Counted from the first letter of the stretch, positions 49,322 through 60,663 are shown. The stretch: DNA of 64,000 nucleotides from Pirellulales bacterium (GCA_038210495.1 JBBQWR010000007.1:1-64000); one strand, 5' to 3'. Numbers and translations are program-made. The notes: a model not told the origin generated them from the letters alone.

Positions 49322-52300
49322 GTGCCGCGTCGTAGCGACATTCATAAGATTTTGCTGATTGGGTCGGGGCCGATCGTGATTGGTCAGGCCTGCGAGTTCG
49401 ATTATTCGGGCACGCAGGCGTGCAAGGCCTTGCGCGAAGAGGGTTACGAGGTCGTGCTCGTGAATTCCAATCCGGCCACGATCATGACCGATCCCGAGAT
49501 GGCCGACCGCACATATATCGAGCCGCTCACTTGGGAGACCGTCGCCCAGGTCATTGAAGTCGAGCGGCCCGATGCGCTGCTGCCGACGCTGGGCGGGCAG
49601 ACGGGCCTCAATTTGGCGATGGATCTGGCGCGCAACGGCGTTCTGGAAAAATACGGCGTCGAGATGATCGGCGCTCGGGCCGATGTCATCGCCAAGGCCG
49701 AGGAGCGCGAGCAGTTCAAGCAGGCGATGGAAAAGATCGGGCTCGAGGTCTGCCGCGGCCGGACGGTGCATAGCCTGACCGCCGCGCGGCAGACGTTGAA
49801 AGAAATCGGCCTGCCGTGCGTCATTCGCCCCAGCTTTACGATGGGGGGCAGCGGGTCCAGCATGGCCTACAATCGCGAGGAATTCGACGCCGTCGTGTCG
49901 CGCGGGCTGGACGCCTCGCCGATCGGCGAAGTGCTTGTCGAAGAGTCGATCGCGGGCTGGAAAGAATACGAAATGGAGGTGATGCGCGACGCCGACGACA
50001 ATTGCGTCATCATCTGCTCGATCGAAAACTTCGACCCGGTGGGCGTTCACACAGGCGATTCGATCACGGTCGCGCCGGCCCAAACGCTCACGGACAAGGA
50101 ATATCAGCGGATGCGCGACGCCTCGCTGGCCGTGATCCGCGAGATTGGCGTCGAGACGGGAGGTTCGAATATCCAGTTCGCCGTCGATCCGAAGACGGGC
50201 CGGATGATCGTGATCGAGATGAACCCGCGCGTGAGTCGCTCCAGCGCCCTGGCGTCCAAAGCCACTGGGTTTCCGATCGCCAAGATCGCCGCCAAGTTGG
50301 CCGTCGGCTATCGGCTGCATGAGCTGCCGAACGATATTACCCGCGAAACTCGGGCCTGCTTCGAGCCGACGATCGACTATGTCGTGACGAAGATTCCGCG
50401 GTTCGCGTTCGAAAAATTTCCCGAGGCCGATAGCCGGCTGACCACGCAGATGAAGAGCGTCGGCGAGACGATGGCGATCGGCCGGACGTTTAAGGAGTCG
50501 TTTCAAAAGGCGCTGCGGGGACTTGAGGTCGGCAGTTTTGGATTTGGTTGCGATAACAAAGACTTGTGGGGCACGCCGCAGCAGCCGCTGATGGACGAGA
50601 TTCGCGTGAAGCTGGCCACGCCCAACGCCGATCGGCCCTGGTATATCCGCTATGCGTTCAAAGCGGGCATGACGGCCGCCGAAATTCATGCCCTGACGCA
50701 GATCGATCCTTGGTTCCTCGACGAGCTCCAGCAGATCGTCGAGCTGGAAGAAGAGCTTCGCCGCTATAGCGACCCGAGCCAGATCGACGACCGGCTACTG
50801 CGGAAGGCGAAGCAGTTCGGCTTTTCGGATCGGCAGCTTTGCACGATTTGGAATTCCAGCGAGATGGATTTTCGCAACCATCGCAAGATGCGGGGAATCG
50901 CCGCGACGTTCAAGTCGGTCGACACGTGCGCCGCCGAGTTCGAGGCCTACACCCCTTATTTCTATTCGACCTACGAGCAGGAAGACGAGACGCCGCGCAA
51001 GCCCGAGGGGGGCAAGCGGATCATGATCCTCGGCGGCGGGCCCAATCGAATCGGCCAGGGGATCGAGTTCGATTATTGCTGCTGCCATGCGAGCTTCGCC
51101 CTCCGCGAGCTGGGCATCGAGTCGGTGATGGTCAACAGCAACCCGGAAACGGTGAGCACCGACTACGACACGAGCGATCTGCTATTCTTCGAGCCGCTGA
51201 CGACCGAGGACGTGCTGAACATCGTCGATCGCGTGCAGCCGGATGGCGTGATCGTGCAGTTCGGCGGCCAAACGCCGCTCAATCTATCGCGGGCACTGTC
51301 GAATGCCGGCGTGCCGATCATCGGGACCAGCGTCGACACGATCGAAGACGCGGAGGATCGCGAGAAGTTTCAGCGACTCTTGCACCGACTTGGGCTGCGG
51401 CAGCCGGCGAACGGCATCGCGCGGACAATGAACGAAGCCCGGGCCGAGGCGGTGAAGATCGGCTATCCGAATCTCGTGCGACCGAGTTTCGTGCTCGGCG
51501 GCCGGGCGATGGAAATCTGCTACGATCAGACTCAACTCGAGCGGTTCGTGGCCGAGGCGTTTGTCGTCGCTCAGGGACAGCCCGTGCTGATCGACCGGTT
51601 TCTGGAGGACGCGATCGAGGTGGACGTCGACGCGATCTGCGACGGCCAGACGGTGATCGTCGCGGGGATCATGGAGCATATCGAAGAGGCGGGCGTTCAT
51701 TCGGGCGACTCGGCCTGTGCGATTCCGCCATACAGCTTGACCGGCCCGATTCTCAATGAGATTCGCGAGGCGACGCACAAGATGGCCCGGCAACTTAAGG
51801 TCGTCGGACTGATGAACGTGCAATATGCCATCAAGCGCGAAGAGGGAAAGCAAGTGCTGTATGTGCTCGAAGTGAATCCTCGGGCCAGCCGCACGGCGCC
51901 GTTTGTCGCGAAGGCCACGGGCATGCCGATCGCGCGGGTGGCGGCCAAGGTGATGGCCGGCGTCTCGCTGGCCGAGCAAGGCTACACGTCCGACCCGATT
52001 CCGCTCTATGTGTCGGTCAAGGAGAGCGTGTTCCCGTTCAGCAAGTTCGCGGGCGTGGATATCGTGCTGGGGCCCGAGATGCGATCGACCGGCGAGGTAA
52101 TGGGGATCAGCGAGCGGTTCTCGATCGCATTCGCCAAGAGCCAATTGGCGGCGGGCATCATACTCCCCAAGGAAGGGCGGATTTTCATCAGCGTCGCTTC
52201 CAAGGGAGCCAAAGAGCATATGGTCGCGCTCGCGCCGCGGTTGGTGAAGCTCGGGTTCGAGTTGTGCGCCACCGACGGCACCGCTCGGGCAATCGAGTCG

Positions 52301-52603
52301 GTGGGCATCAAAGTCGAGCGCGTGAAGAAGTTGCAAGAGGGGCATCCTAACCTGATCGACATGCTGATCGATGGCCGGGTGCAGATGATCATGAACACGC
52401 CGCGGGGCAAGGGCGCCCGAACGGACGAGGGCCGCATTCGGGCCGCCTCGGTCAGCCACGGCGTTCCCTGCATCACGACGATTCCGGCCGCCGAGGCGTG
52501 CGTCAAGGCCATGGAGGCGCTGCTCGAAGAATCGATGGGCGTCCAGGCGCTTCAGGACCGGGTGATCAAACAGCCGGCAAGAGAGAATCTAACGAACGTG
52601 TGA
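49322..52603 (+). CDS. carB: Carbamoyl-phosphate synthase large subunit
   Basis: [58 protein letters not shown]... with duplicated ATP-grasp halves and a C-terminal MGS-like domain. No carA is adjacent upstream. Confidence 0.95.
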   Translation: MPRRSDIHKILLIGSGPIVIGQACEFDYSGTQACKALREEGYEVVLVNSNPATIMTDPEMADRTYIEPLTWETVAQVIEVERPDALLPTLGGQTGLNLAMDLARNGVLEKYGVEMIGARADVIAKAEEREQFKQAMEKIGLEVCRGRTVHSLTAARQTLKEIGLPCVIRPSFTMGGSGSSMAYNREEFDAVVSRGLDASPIGEVLVEESIAGWKEYEMEVMRDADDNCVIICSIENFDPVGVHTGDSITVAPAQTLTDKEYQRMRDASLAVIREIGVETGGSNIQFAVDPKTGRMIVIEMNPRVSRSSALASKATGFPIAKIAAKLAVGYRLHELPNDITRETRACFEPTIDYVVTKIPRFAFEKFPEADSRLTTQMKSVGETMAIGRTFKESFQKALRGLEVGSFGFGCDNKDLWGTPQQPLMDEIRVKLATPNADRPWYIRYAFKAGMTAAEIHALTQIDPWFLDELQQIVELEEELRRYSDPSQIDDRLLRKAKQFGFSDRQLCTIWNSSEMDFRNHRKMRGIAATFKSVDTCAAEFEAYTPYFYSTYEQEDETPRKPEGGKRIMILGGGPNRIGQGIEFDYCCCHASFALRELGIESVMVNSNPETVSTDYDTSDLLFFEPLTTEDVLNIVDRVQPDGVIVQFGGQTPLNLSRALSNAGVPIIGTSVDTIEDAEDREKFQRLLHRLGLRQPANGIARTMNEARAEAVKIGYPNLVRPSFVLGGRAMEICYDQTQLERFVAEAFVVAQGQPVLIDRFLEDAIEVDVDAICDGQTVIVAGIMEHIEEAGVHSGDSACAIPPYSLTGPILNEIREATHKMARQLKVVGLMNVQYAIKREEGKQVLYVLEVNPRASRTAPFVAKATGMPIARVAAKVMAGVSLAEQGYTSDPIPLYVSVKESVFPFSKFAGVDIVLGPEMRSTGEVMGISERFSIAFAKSQLAAGIILPKEGRIFISVASKGAKEHMVALAPRLVKLGFELCATDGTARAIESVGIKVERVKKLQEGHPNLIDMLIDGRVQMIMNTPRGKGARTDEGRIRAASVSHGVPCITTIPAAEACVKAMEALLEESMGVQALQDRVIKQPARENLTNV

Positions 52604-52775
52604 GGAGGGGGGCTAGGGGACCGCTGCGCGACGGCTCCGCCGTAGGGGTTAGGGGCAAGGGAAGGAAACGAAGATGCTCGCAGTACGGCCCACGCTCGAT
52701 CTTTTCCTTCCCCGCGGCTCCGCATCTTGTCCTCTCTCTAGTCCCTAACCCCACCACTCCTAGCCCCTTTGCCTT

Positions 52776-54755
52776 GTGCCATCCATTCGCCAACTAACGC
52801 CGAGCGTCGTCAATAAGATCGCCGCGGGCGAGGTGATCGAGCGCCCCGCGAGCGTCGTCAAGGAGCTCATGGAGAACGCCGTCGACGCCGGCGCGATGCG
52901 GATCGACGTCGGTGTTTCGCAGGGGGGCGTCGAACTAATCCGCGTCGTCGACAACGGCTGCGGAATCGCGGCGGACGAGCTTCAGTTGGCCGTCGCGCCG
53001 CATGCGACGAGCAAGATTTCCGACGCCGACGATCTGTTTCGAATCGGCACGCTCGGGTTTCGCGGCGAGGCACTGGCGTCGATCGCCGAGATCAGTCGGA
53101 CGGTGCTGCGGAGCCGCGCGTCCGGCGCCGACGCCGGCGCGGAACTCGAAATCACCGGTGGGCAGCAACGCCCGATCTCGCCGTGCGGATGCCCGACAGG
53201 GACGCTGATCGAGGTCCATAACCTGTTTTTCAATACGCCCGTCCGCCGCAAGTTTCTCCGCGCAACGCAGACCGAGATGGGGCATGTCACCGAGGCGTTC
53301 ACTCGCTTGGCGCTGGCGTATCCCGACCGCCACTTTACGCTCCGGCATCAAGAAAAACTGATGCACGATCTGCCGCCGACGAGCGATTGGCTGACGCGAA
53401 TCGCGGCGTTTTTCGGCGGCGAGTTGGCCGATCAACTCCTGCGAGTCGAAAGCCGCGACGGCGATCTGCGATTGGCCGGTTACGTCGCCAATCCGAGCCA
53501 AAGCCGGGCGAACAATCGGATGCAATTTCTGTTTCTCAACGGCCGAGCGATCCGCGATCGCTCGCTCCAGCACGCCTTGACCGAGGCCTATCGCGGCCTG
53601 CTGCTCACGGGCCGCTACCCGATCGCGTTTCTGGAAATCGAAATGCCGGCCGATGCGGTCGACGTCAACGTGCATCCGACGAAGCTCGAAGTCCGCTTCC
53701 AGGATGGCGGCCGGATCTATAGCCAACTGCTGGGAACGCTCCGCACGCGATTTCTGACGACCGACCTGACGGCGCGGCTGCAACCGGTTGGCGCCTCCGC
53801 GGCTGCGGGCGGCTCGATGGCCGATTTCGACCGACCGGAGGGAGACTCCGCGGGCGTGAATTTGCAAGTCGCTCACGATCCGACCGGAGCCCACGACCCG
53901 GCCCATTCGGCCCGGCTTCAAACTGAGCTCGTCGCCTGGGCAAAAGGACAATTGGGAGCGGCTGGAGCGGCGGTTGGAGAGTTTGTCCCTTTTCCCGCGC
54001 CAGTCAATTCGCTCGGCGGGGCGTCGGTTCACGTGCCGCGGCCGCATCACGCTCCGCTGGAGCTCGTGCCGCTCGACCGCAGCCGGTTCGCTGGCGACAT
54101 TTTGCAACCCTCGGCCGTAAGCGGCGTGGCCCTTGAGGCAATGCCTGTCGCTGAAACGGCTCGGCCGACGGCTTGGCGTTCCCCGGCGACACAGGCGATC
54201 CAGGTCCACGATCGCTACCTGATCGCCGAGACCGACGACGGCATGGTCGTGATCGATCAACACGCGCTTCACGAACGCGTGCTCTATGAGCAAATCCGCG
54301 AGAAGGTGCTGGCCGGAGCGCTCGAGTCGCAACGGCTATTGGTGCCCGAGCCGGTCGATCTCAGCCCAGCCGAATACGCGGCCGCGATCTCCGAACAGCA
54401 GCTGATTCAGCGATTGGGAGTCGAGATCGAGCCGTTCGGCGGCGAGACGGTGCTCGTCGTCAGTTATCCGGCCATGCTCGGCAAGTTGCGGCCGGCCGAA
54501 GTGCTGCGGAGCATCGTCGAGCGGCTGGTCGACGAGGGGAAGGCGCCGGACCGCCGCGACTTGCTCGATGAACTGTTGCACATGATCTCTTGCAAGGCGG
54601 CGATTAAAGCGGGCGACCCGCTCACGTCCGACGAAATCGCGGCCCTAGTGCAGCAGCGGCACTTGGCCCAGGACAGCCATCATTGTCCCCACGGCCGACC
54701 GACGGCCTTGGTCTTTACGCGAGACCAACTCGACAAGCAGTTCAAGCGAACGTGA
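52776..54755 (+). CDS. mutL: DNA mismatch repair protein MutL
   Basis: [37 protein letters not shown]...DNGCGI...[10 protein letters not shown] is the GHKL ATPase N-terminus. C-terminal dimerisation domain present. Confidence 0.9.
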   Translation: MPSIRQLTPSVVNKIAAGEVIERPASVVKELMENAVDAGAMRIDVGVSQGGVELIRVVDNGCGIAADELQLAVAPHATSKISDADDLFRIGTLGFRGEALASIAEISRTVLRSRASGADAGAELEITGGQQRPISPCGCPTGTLIEVHNLFFNTPVRRKFLRATQTEMGHVTEAFTRLALAYPDRHFTLRHQEKLMHDLPPTSDWLTRIAAFFGGELADQLLRVESRDGDLRLAGYVANPSQSRANNRMQFLFLNGRAIRDRSLQHALTEAYRGLLLTGRYPIAFLEIEMPADAVDVNVHPTKLEVRFQDGGRIYSQLLGTLRTRFLTTDLTARLQPVGASAAAGGSMADFDRPEGDSAGVNLQVAHDPTGAHDPAHSARLQTELVAWAKGQLGAAGAAVGEFVPFPAPVNSLGGASVHVPRPHHAPLELVPLDRSRFAGDILQPSAVSGVALEAMPVAETARPTAWRSPATQAIQVHDRYLIAETDDGMVVIDQHALHERVLYEQIREKVLAGALESQRLLVPEPVDLSPAEYAAAISEQQLIQRLGVEIEPFGGETVLVVSYPAMLGKLRPAEVLRSIVERLVDEGKAPDRRDLLDELLHMISCKAAIKAGDPLTSDEIAALVQQRHLAQDSHHCPHGRPTALVFTRDQLDKQFKRT

Positions 54756-55063
54756 GCGGCGCGTGTCAAGCGACGACAACCGATTCCCGGGGCGCGGCTG
54801 CCCAATTGATCGGCATCTTCGGCACAGACGGAATGGCCGACAGTCAAAATTTTTGTTTAGAGGTGTCGGGGATCGGCAAATTTGGCGCCGGACCCGCATC
54901 GGTTCTGTCATCCGCCGATAGCTGGCGCCGCACAAACAGGCGACCCTGCATCTTGGCGATCGTGATCGATTGCGGCGGTTCGTTGACACTTTGGCATAAC
55001 GCATTTAGAGTGAATAGGTTGTTGCCTGGGAACGTGTTCCGTCGGCGCCTGCGAAAGCAAAAC

Positions 55064-56452
55064 GTGGCTGGAAAAGCTTGGTCAGGAGTTTTTAACGAGG
55101 CGACGGACCGCCGAGTGGAGCAGTTTACCGAAAGCATTAGCTTCGACCGGCGACTGTATGCGCACGACATCCAAGGTTCGATCGCCCACGCCCGAATGCT
55201 GGCCTCGGTCAGCCTGCTGACGGCCGACGAATGCCAGCAAATTGAGCAGGGACTGTGTGAAATCCGCCAGCTAATTGAGCAAGGCGATTTTAAGTTCACG
55301 ATCGAGTTGGAAGACATTCACCTGCACATCGAGCGGGCGCTGATTGAGCGGCTGGGCGATGTCGGACGAAAGCTCCACACGGCCCGCAGTCGCAACGATC
55401 AAGTCGCGACCGATCTTCGCCTTTGGCAGCGCGAGGCGATCGACCAGCTCGACCAGCGGCTGATCGCGCTTCAACAAGCATTTGTGGGCCGCGCGGACCA
55501 AGACGAAGGCTGCATCCTGCCGGGCTACACGCACCTCCAGCGCGCCCAGCCGGTTCTAGCGGCGCACTATTGGCTTGCGTATTGCGAAAAACTGGAGCGC
55601 GATCGGCAAAGGTTGGCCGACTGCCGGCGACGAACGAATGTGTTGCCGTTGGGGTCGGCGGCGCTGGCTGGTACTTCGCTGCCGATCGACCGGGATTTTG
55701 TCGCGCGGGAGCTCGGATTCGATTCGGTCGCGGCCAACAGTCTGGATGCCACAAGCGACCGCGATTTCGTGCTCGAGTTTGCGTTCGCGCTAAGTCAGAT
55801 CGCCGTGCATCTGAGTGGCTGGGCAGAGGAGTGGATTCTGTGGTCGACCGCGGAATTCAATTTCCTGAAACTGCCGGAGGCGTTTTGCACGGGGTCGTCG
55901 ATCATGCCTCAAAAAGTCAATCCCGACGTGCTGGAACTCACGCGTGGCAAGACGGCTCGGGTGATCGGCAATTTGCAGGCCCTGCTGGTGCTCGTGAAGG
56001 GTTTGCCGCTGGCCTACAACCGAGATTTGCAGGAAGACAAGCAGCGGGTGTTCGATTCGTTCGACACGGTGGCCGCCTGTTTGGAATTGGCCGCGCCGCT
56101 TGTGGCCGAGACAAAGCTGAATCGAACGGCCATCACCGAGCGATTGGACCGCGGCTATTTGGACGCGACGACGTTGATGGAAGAGTTTATTCGCCGCGGG
56201 GTTCCGCAGCGCACGGCCCACGAGCTTGTCGGCCGGCTAGTCCGGAAAGCCATGGATCGCGGAGTTCGATTGTCGGATTTGGCGGCTAGCGAGTTTCACG
56301 AAGCTCATCCGCTGTTAGACGGCAGCTTCGAGGACTCACTGGGCGTCGAACGGGCGATCGCGCGGTTTGTCAGCTATGGCTCGACGGCCCCGTCGGAAGT
56401 GCGGCGACAGGTCGAGCAGTGGAGAAAACGGCTGGGAAAGCGTGAAGCGTGA
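55064..56452 (+). CDS. argH: Argininosuccinate lyase
   Basis: Proposed GTG start at 55064: (V)[34 protein letters not shown] aligns with the E. coli ArgH N-terminus [45 protein letters not shown] and [12 protein letters not shown] are fumarate-lyase signatures. The ORF-track start at 54683 would overlap mutL by 73 nt. Confidence 0.85.
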   Translation: MAGKAWSGVFNEATDRRVEQFTESISFDRRLYAHDIQGSIAHARMLASVSLLTADECQQIEQGLCEIRQLIEQGDFKFTIELEDIHLHIERALIERLGDVGRKLHTARSRNDQVATDLRLWQREAIDQLDQRLIALQQAFVGRADQDEGCILPGYTHLQRAQPVLAAHYWLAYCEKLERDRQRLADCRRRTNVLPLGSAALAGTSLPIDRDFVARELGFDSVAANSLDATSDRDFVLEFAFALSQIAVHLSGWAEEWILWSTAEFNFLKLPEAFCTGSSIMPQKVNPDVLELTRGKTARVIGNLQALLVLVKGLPLAYNRDLQEDKQRVFDSFDTVAACLELAAPLVAETKLNRTAITERLDRGYLDATTLMEEFIRRGVPQRTAHELVGRLVRKAMDRGVRLSDLAASEFHEAHPLLDGSFEDSLGVERAIARFVSYGSTAPSEVRRQVEQWRKRLGKREA

Positions 56453-56500
56453 AGCGTGAAGCGTGAAGCGTGAAGCGTGGGGCGTGGGGCGTGGGGCGTG
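56440..56500. repeat. Heptanucleotide tandem array: GTGAAGC x5 then GTGGGGC x3; contains the argH stop codon and lies ~50 nt upstream of the next gene
   Basis: gcgtgaagcgtgaagcgtgaagcgtgaagcgtgaagcgtggggcgtggggcgtggggcgtg, read directly from the sequence. Confidence 0.85.
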
Positions 56501-56550
56501 AAAAAGGCGGGTGTTCGGCGAAGACGGCTGGCGCAAGAGGGGATGCAATT

Positions 56551-58911
56551 ATGAATCGCAACATACAGACGGGGCCTATGTTTAATTACCATTGGTTTGG
56601 TATTTGCGCGATTTCGGTCGGCGCCTTTTCGATGGCGAGCTTCGTCGTGGGACAGGAGCCGCCGGAGAAGAAGATGGCCGAAAAGAAAGCGGCGGGACCG
56701 GCTGGTCCTGTCGCGGCGCCACCGACGGCGCCCGCGGCTAAAGCTCCAGGCGCCAAAGCTGTCGCTGAGGCGCCCCCGTCGCCGGTGTTTAATCCCGAAA
56801 GCCCGGCGGTCGAAAATATCCTGGCGGCCAAGCCGAAGTCGCCCCGGGATGTGATGCAGGCCGTGATTTCGCTTGGCCAACTGGATCGACCGGATTTGGC
56901 CAAGCAAATGCTCGATCAACTGTTGGCCGCGAAGCTAGACGCCGCGGCCCTCGCCGACCTCAATCATCAGTTCGGCAGCGCGACGTTCATCCAGATGCTG
57001 ACCAGCGCGCCCTTGGCGCCGCAAGGACGCCAGTTAGCCGACGTGGTATTCGCCGCCGGCGCCGCCGAAAGCCGAAATCCCGAGCGGCTCGCTCTGCAGA
57101 TCAAGCAGCTCAGCGACCCGTCGTCCGATGTTCAGGCGAGCGCGCTGGAGGCACTGGCCGGCGGCGGATCGTATGCGGCCGCCGCGCTGTTTGCGGCTCT
57201 CGCAAGTCCCACGCCGCCGGCCAGAGCGGCGCTCGCCCGTCGGGCCTTGATCGAAATCGGGGACGACGCCGTGCGACCGCTCTTGGCGGCTCTCGAAGCC
57301 CGCGACGCTGCGACTCAGCTCAAGGCTCTCGATGGGCTGTCCGAACTCGACGTACCGACCGACGCGGTTCCGTACCTATTGGCTTGCGCCTTCTCGGGGA
57401 CCAGTTCCGAAGAAGTCCGGCAAGCCGCCACGCGCGTGTTGGCCAAAGCTTATCGAGGAACCCCGACGAAGTCCGACGCGGCGATCATCCTCTCGCGGGC
57501 GGCCCGCGAGTTCTTGGAGCACGATCATCCGCTCATCGCCGACGAAGGCGACAAAGTCTCTCTATGGCGGTGGGACGCCGTCGGCCATCGGCCGGTGATG
57601 GAGGCCTATCCGCCGCGGCAGGCCAGCACGGTGATCGCGGCCAAGCTCGCGAGCGGGTTGCAGCAAGTCGCCCCCGACGCTGCCGCTCGAGGGCAATTGT
57701 ATTTGATCAGTCTGCTTGAATCCGGAGTGGTTCGCGCGGGCCTCGACGCGCCGCTGCCCACCGGCGCCGGTAGCGAATTTGAATTGGCCGCGAAAATGGG
57801 AGTCGAGGCGGTCAACGACGCGCTCGCCCAGGCGATGGCCACCGGTCATCCGGCTGCGGCTCGGGGGGCCGCGGACGTGTTGGCCGCGATCGGCGATGCA
57901 AAATTGCTGACCCGCGACGGCGCCAGCGTCAGCCCCCTGGTCGAAGCTCTGCGCCAACCAGATCGCCGGCTGCGGATGGCGGCTACCGCGGCGATCATGA
58001 AGTTCAAGCCCTCTGCGCCATTCCCGGGCGCGTCGCTATTGACGGATTCGGTGGCCGACATGGCTCGCTCGACGGGCAAGCGCGGCGCCGCCATCGCGTT
58101 CTCCTCGATCGAGCCCCTTCAAACGCTGGCCGGCATGACCAATGCCCTCGGCTACGAGACGATGACGGCAACCAGCGGACGGCAGCTTGTGGCAGCGGCC
58201 TCGCAGGCGGCCGATACTGAGGTGATCTTAGTCAGCGGGCGAATCGATCATTCGCCCGCGTTCGACACGGTTCAGGCGCTACTCCGAGACCCGCGCACGG
58301 CGGATGCTCCGATTTGCGTCATGGCCGAACTCGATCAAATCGAGTGGCTGGGTCAGAAATACGAAGGCTTTCCGCATGTGTTCGTCGAACTGCGGCCGAT
58401 CTCGCTCGATCAGATGAAGCGGATAATTCTCAAGGCCACGGACCTTGCCGGCGATCGAATTCCGCCGGCGAACGTGCGGGCGCAGCATGTCGTTCAGGCG
58501 CTCGAATGGCTGGCTCAGTTGGCCGAGGCGCCGCCGGCGGTAGCCGATGCGCGGCGATACGAACCGATCGCCGAACGCGCGCTCTTTCGTCCGGCGACGA
58601 CCATCGCGGCGGCAAAAGTCATGACCCGACTCGGGACGCCGTCATCGCAATTGTCACTGGTGGACCTGGCCAGCGTCGCGACACAGCCGATCGAGTCGCG
58701 GCAGATCGCGGCCACGGCGTTTCGCGACAGCGTCCGCCACTTCGGTTTGCGGCTGAGTCCATCGGAAATTCTCCGCCAGTATCAACGTTACAACGAAAGC
58801 GCGCAGCTCGATGCGGCGACGCAAAAGGTTTTGTCCCATGTGTTGGATACGCTCGAACTGTCGGCGAAAAAGCAAGCGGCGAACGTAAGCCGTCCGCCGC
58901 GCGCGCCGTGA
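56551..58911 (+). CDS. Secreted HEAT/ARM-repeat protein (hypothetical, 787 aa)
   Basis: Start at MNRNIQTGPMFNYHWFGICAISVGAFSMASFVVGQE (signal-peptide-like) with a GAGGGGA purine tract upstream. Ala/Pro-rich linker, then alpha-helical repeat architecture (repeated ...ALEAL.../...AAIGDAKLL... units). Confidence 0.6.
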   Translation: MNRNIQTGPMFNYHWFGICAISVGAFSMASFVVGQEPPEKKMAEKKAAGPAGPVAAPPTAPAAKAPGAKAVAEAPPSPVFNPESPAVENILAAKPKSPRDVMQAVISLGQLDRPDLAKQMLDQLLAAKLDAAALADLNHQFGSATFIQMLTSAPLAPQGRQLADVVFAAGAAESRNPERLALQIKQLSDPSSDVQASALEALAGGGSYAAAALFAALASPTPPARAALARRALIEIGDDAVRPLLAALEARDAATQLKALDGLSELDVPTDAVPYLLACAFSGTSSEEVRQAATRVLAKAYRGTPTKSDAAIILSRAAREFLEHDHPLIADEGDKVSLWRWDAVGHRPVMEAYPPRQASTVIAAKLASGLQQVAPDAAARGQLYLISLLESGVVRAGLDAPLPTGAGSEFELAAKMGVEAVNDALAQAMATGHPAAARGAADVLAAIGDAKLLTRDGASVSPLVEALRQPDRRLRMAATAAIMKFKPSAPFPGASLLTDSVADMARSTGKRGAAIAFSSIEPLQTLAGMTNALGYETMTATSGRQLVAAASQAADTEVILVSGRIDHSPAFDTVQALLRDPRTADAPICVMAELDQIEWLGQKYEGFPHVFVELRPISLDQMKRIILKATDLAGDRIPPANVRAQHVVQALEWLAQLAEAPPAVADARRYEPIAERALFRPATTIAAAKVMTRLGTPSSQLSLVDLASVATQPIESRQIAATAFRDSVRHFGLRLSPSEILRQYQRYNESAQLDAATQKVLSHVLDTLELSAKKQAANVSRPPRAP

Positions 58912-58952
58912 GGAATGCGACCCATGTACGTCGATCGTAGTGCTCGCGGTTA

Positions 58953-58980
58953 GGACAGGGGGCGAACTCCCCCGCTCGCC
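58953..58980. repeat. REP-like variant GGACAGGGGGCGAACTCCCCCGCTCGCC
   Basis: Reverse-orientation relative of the 6953 family. Lies 42 nt after the stop of the 56551 gene. Confidence 0.5.
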
Positions 58981-58987
58981 TTTATTG

Positions 58988-59051
58988 CTCGCCACCCGCC
59001 ACCCGCCACCCGCCACTCGCCACTCGCCACTCGCCACTCGCCACTCGCCAC
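58988..59051. repeat. Heptanucleotide tandem array: GCCACCC x3 then GCCACTC x5 (+ GCCACCT); ends 10 nt before the sigma-54 activator start codon
   Basis: ctcgccacccgccacccgccacccgccactcgccactcgccactcgccactcgccactcgccacct. Its reverse complement reads (GTGGCGA)5(GTGGCGG)3, giving the same 5+3 organisation as the array at 56440-56500. Confidence 0.85.
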
Positions 59052-59061
59052 CTGCCCCTGA

Positions 59062-60129
59062 ATGTCCCACTCCTTTCGACCTTTGGAAGCCAACGCCAGT
59101 GGGCCGCCGATCAAGGGGATCATCGGCTCCGGGCCGGCGATGACCGATGTCTATCGGATCACGCGGCAAGTGGCTCGGTCGAATGCGTCGGTCCTCCTGC
59201 TGGGCGAGACGGGCACCGGCAAGGAGCTGATCGCCAAGGCCATTCATCAGCTGAGTGCCCGCGGCACCGGCCCGTTTGTGCGCGTTAACTGCGGCGCCCT
59301 GACCGAAAGCCTGCTCGAAAGCGAGCTGTTCGGCCATGTCCGCGGCGCGTTCACCGGCGCCATCGCCAATCGGACCGGCCGATTCGAGGCCGCCCATACC
59401 GGCACGATCTTTTTGGACGAGATCAATTCGACGACGCCGAAGCTACAGGTCAAGCTACTGCGAGTTTTGCAGGAGCGCGAGTTCGAGCGCGTCGGCGACA
59501 CGCAGACCGTGCGGGTCGATACGCGCGTCGTGGCGGCAAGTAACCGGGATTTGCTCGAAGAGGTCGAAAAGGAGACCTTTCGCGAGGACCTGTACTATCG
59601 TCTCAACGTCGTGCCGATTCATCTGCCGCCGCTGCGGATGCGGCGTGAGGACATTCCCGAATTGGTCGGACATTTTCTCAATATCAGCAACGAGGAAAAC
59701 GATCGTTACGTCGTGCATATCGAACGCAAGGCAATCGAAGCGTTGCAGGACTACCATTGGCCGGGCAATGTCCGCGAGCTGCAAAATTACGTCGAGCGGG
59801 CCGTCGTCATGGCCAATGGCGACGAACTGAACTGCGAGCTACTGCCCCCGGCGGTGATGGGCGATAGCCGCCCCCGAAGCGGCAAGTTCAAGGCCGTCGA
59901 TCTCGATACGCTCACCGGCGAGCTCGTGCATCAGGGCCTCGCGACCGCCGGTCCGCAGGAAGACGCCCTGTATACGAAGATCGTCAACAAGGTCGAGCGG
60001 GAGCTGATCGCCCAGGTGATGGCGGCGTGCGACAACGTGCAGACGAAAGCGGCGAGCCGTCTGGGAATCAATCGCAATACGCTGCACAAGAAGCTGAAGG
60101 AGCACGGCTTGGAAGAAGGCGCCGACTAG
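59062..60129 (+). CDS. Sigma-54-dependent transcriptional activator (AAA+ sigma-54 interaction domain plus Fis-type HTH, no receiver/sensor domain)
   Basis: [18 protein letters not shown] Walker A, the GAFTGA motif ([17 protein letters not shown]), Walker [18 protein letters not shown], and the C-terminal [27 protein letters not shown]. Only ~25 aa precede the AAA+ core. Confidence 0.85.
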   Translation: MSHSFRPLEANASGPPIKGIIGSGPAMTDVYRITRQVARSNASVLLLGETGTGKELIAKAIHQLSARGTGPFVRVNCGALTESLLESELFGHVRGAFTGAIANRTGRFEAAHTGTIFLDEINSTTPKLQVKLLRVLQEREFERVGDTQTVRVDTRVVAASNRDLLEEVEKETFREDLYYRLNVVPIHLPPLRMRREDIPELVGHFLNISNEENDRYVVHIERKAIEALQDYHWPGNVRELQNYVERAVVMANGDELNCELLPPAVMGDSRPRSGKFKAVDLDTLTGELVHQGLATAGPQEDALYTKIVNKVERELIAQVMAACDNVQTKAASRLGINRNTLHKKLKEHGLEEGAD

Positions 60130-60200
60130 AGTCGCGCACGAAGTAAGCGCGGGGCGCCAACTCGCGCAACGTCGCTCGCGCTTACTTCGTGCGCGGCTCT
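60129..60200. terminator. Hairpin of the GCGCACGAAGTAAGCGCGG family (second copy), shared by convergent genes; both stop codons lie at or in the arms
   Basis: gagtcgcgcacgaagtaagcgcgg ... cgcgcttacttcgtgcgcggctct, same arm sequence as 3474-3556. Confidence 0.55.
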
Positions 60201-60535
60201 ATCGACCACTCGCAGCAGTCGTCGATCGCGCAGATGTCTTCGCACCGCGTCTCATGACTGTCGCGATCGAGGTGCGTGGACCCACTGTGCTCGCTGCCGA
60301 CGTACTTGGCCTTCGACCTACTGTTGTCGGATGTCTTGTGCGTATAGTGCATTCCCGGGGTGGTCGATTTCTCGGTCATCGTCCATCGCGCATGGCTCGT
60401 GTTCGACCGACCGGCGCGGGTCAGAGCCGAGGCGCTGTTTCCAGCCGGGCCCTTTGCCTGAGCGGCCGCGCCAAGCATGGCTGTGAGAGCCAGCGTCAGG
60501 CCGCCCACTATCAATTTGTGTGTTGCAGCGTTCAT
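60182..60535 (-). CDS. Small secreted Ser/Thr/His-rich protein with a Cys-rich C-terminus (hypothetical)
   Basis: Signal peptide MNAATHKLIVGGLTLALTAMLGAAAQA. C-terminal CEDICAIDDCCEW. Confidence 0.4.
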   Translation of the reverse strand: MNAATHKLIVGGLTLALTAMLGAAAQAKGPAGNSASALTRAGRSNTSHARWTMTEKSTTPGMHYTHKTSDNSRSKAKYVGSEHSGSTHLDRDSHETRCEDICAIDDCCEWSIEPRTK

Positions 60536-60663
60536 GGACTATCTCGGGTTGGCTGGATAGGTTTTTGACTGGTTGCCGCACGCAACGATCGGCTACTTCA
60601 TTATCCAGCAAAGCGAGATCGCGGCGCGGATGTTACAGTCCCGACGACCGGCGAGTTATACTC

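Noticed and set aside
47534-50689. 1051-aa ORF on the minus strand
   Set aside because: It lies antisense to carB and the 47701..48741 gene. Its composition is Arg/Ala/Gly-rich, typical of spurious ORFs on the non-coding strand of high-GC DNA, and it has no domain resemblance.
56440-59051. Heptamer arrays as a CRISPR array
   Set aside because: Units are 7 nt with no spacers, which is far too short; these are simple tandem repeats, not CRISPR.
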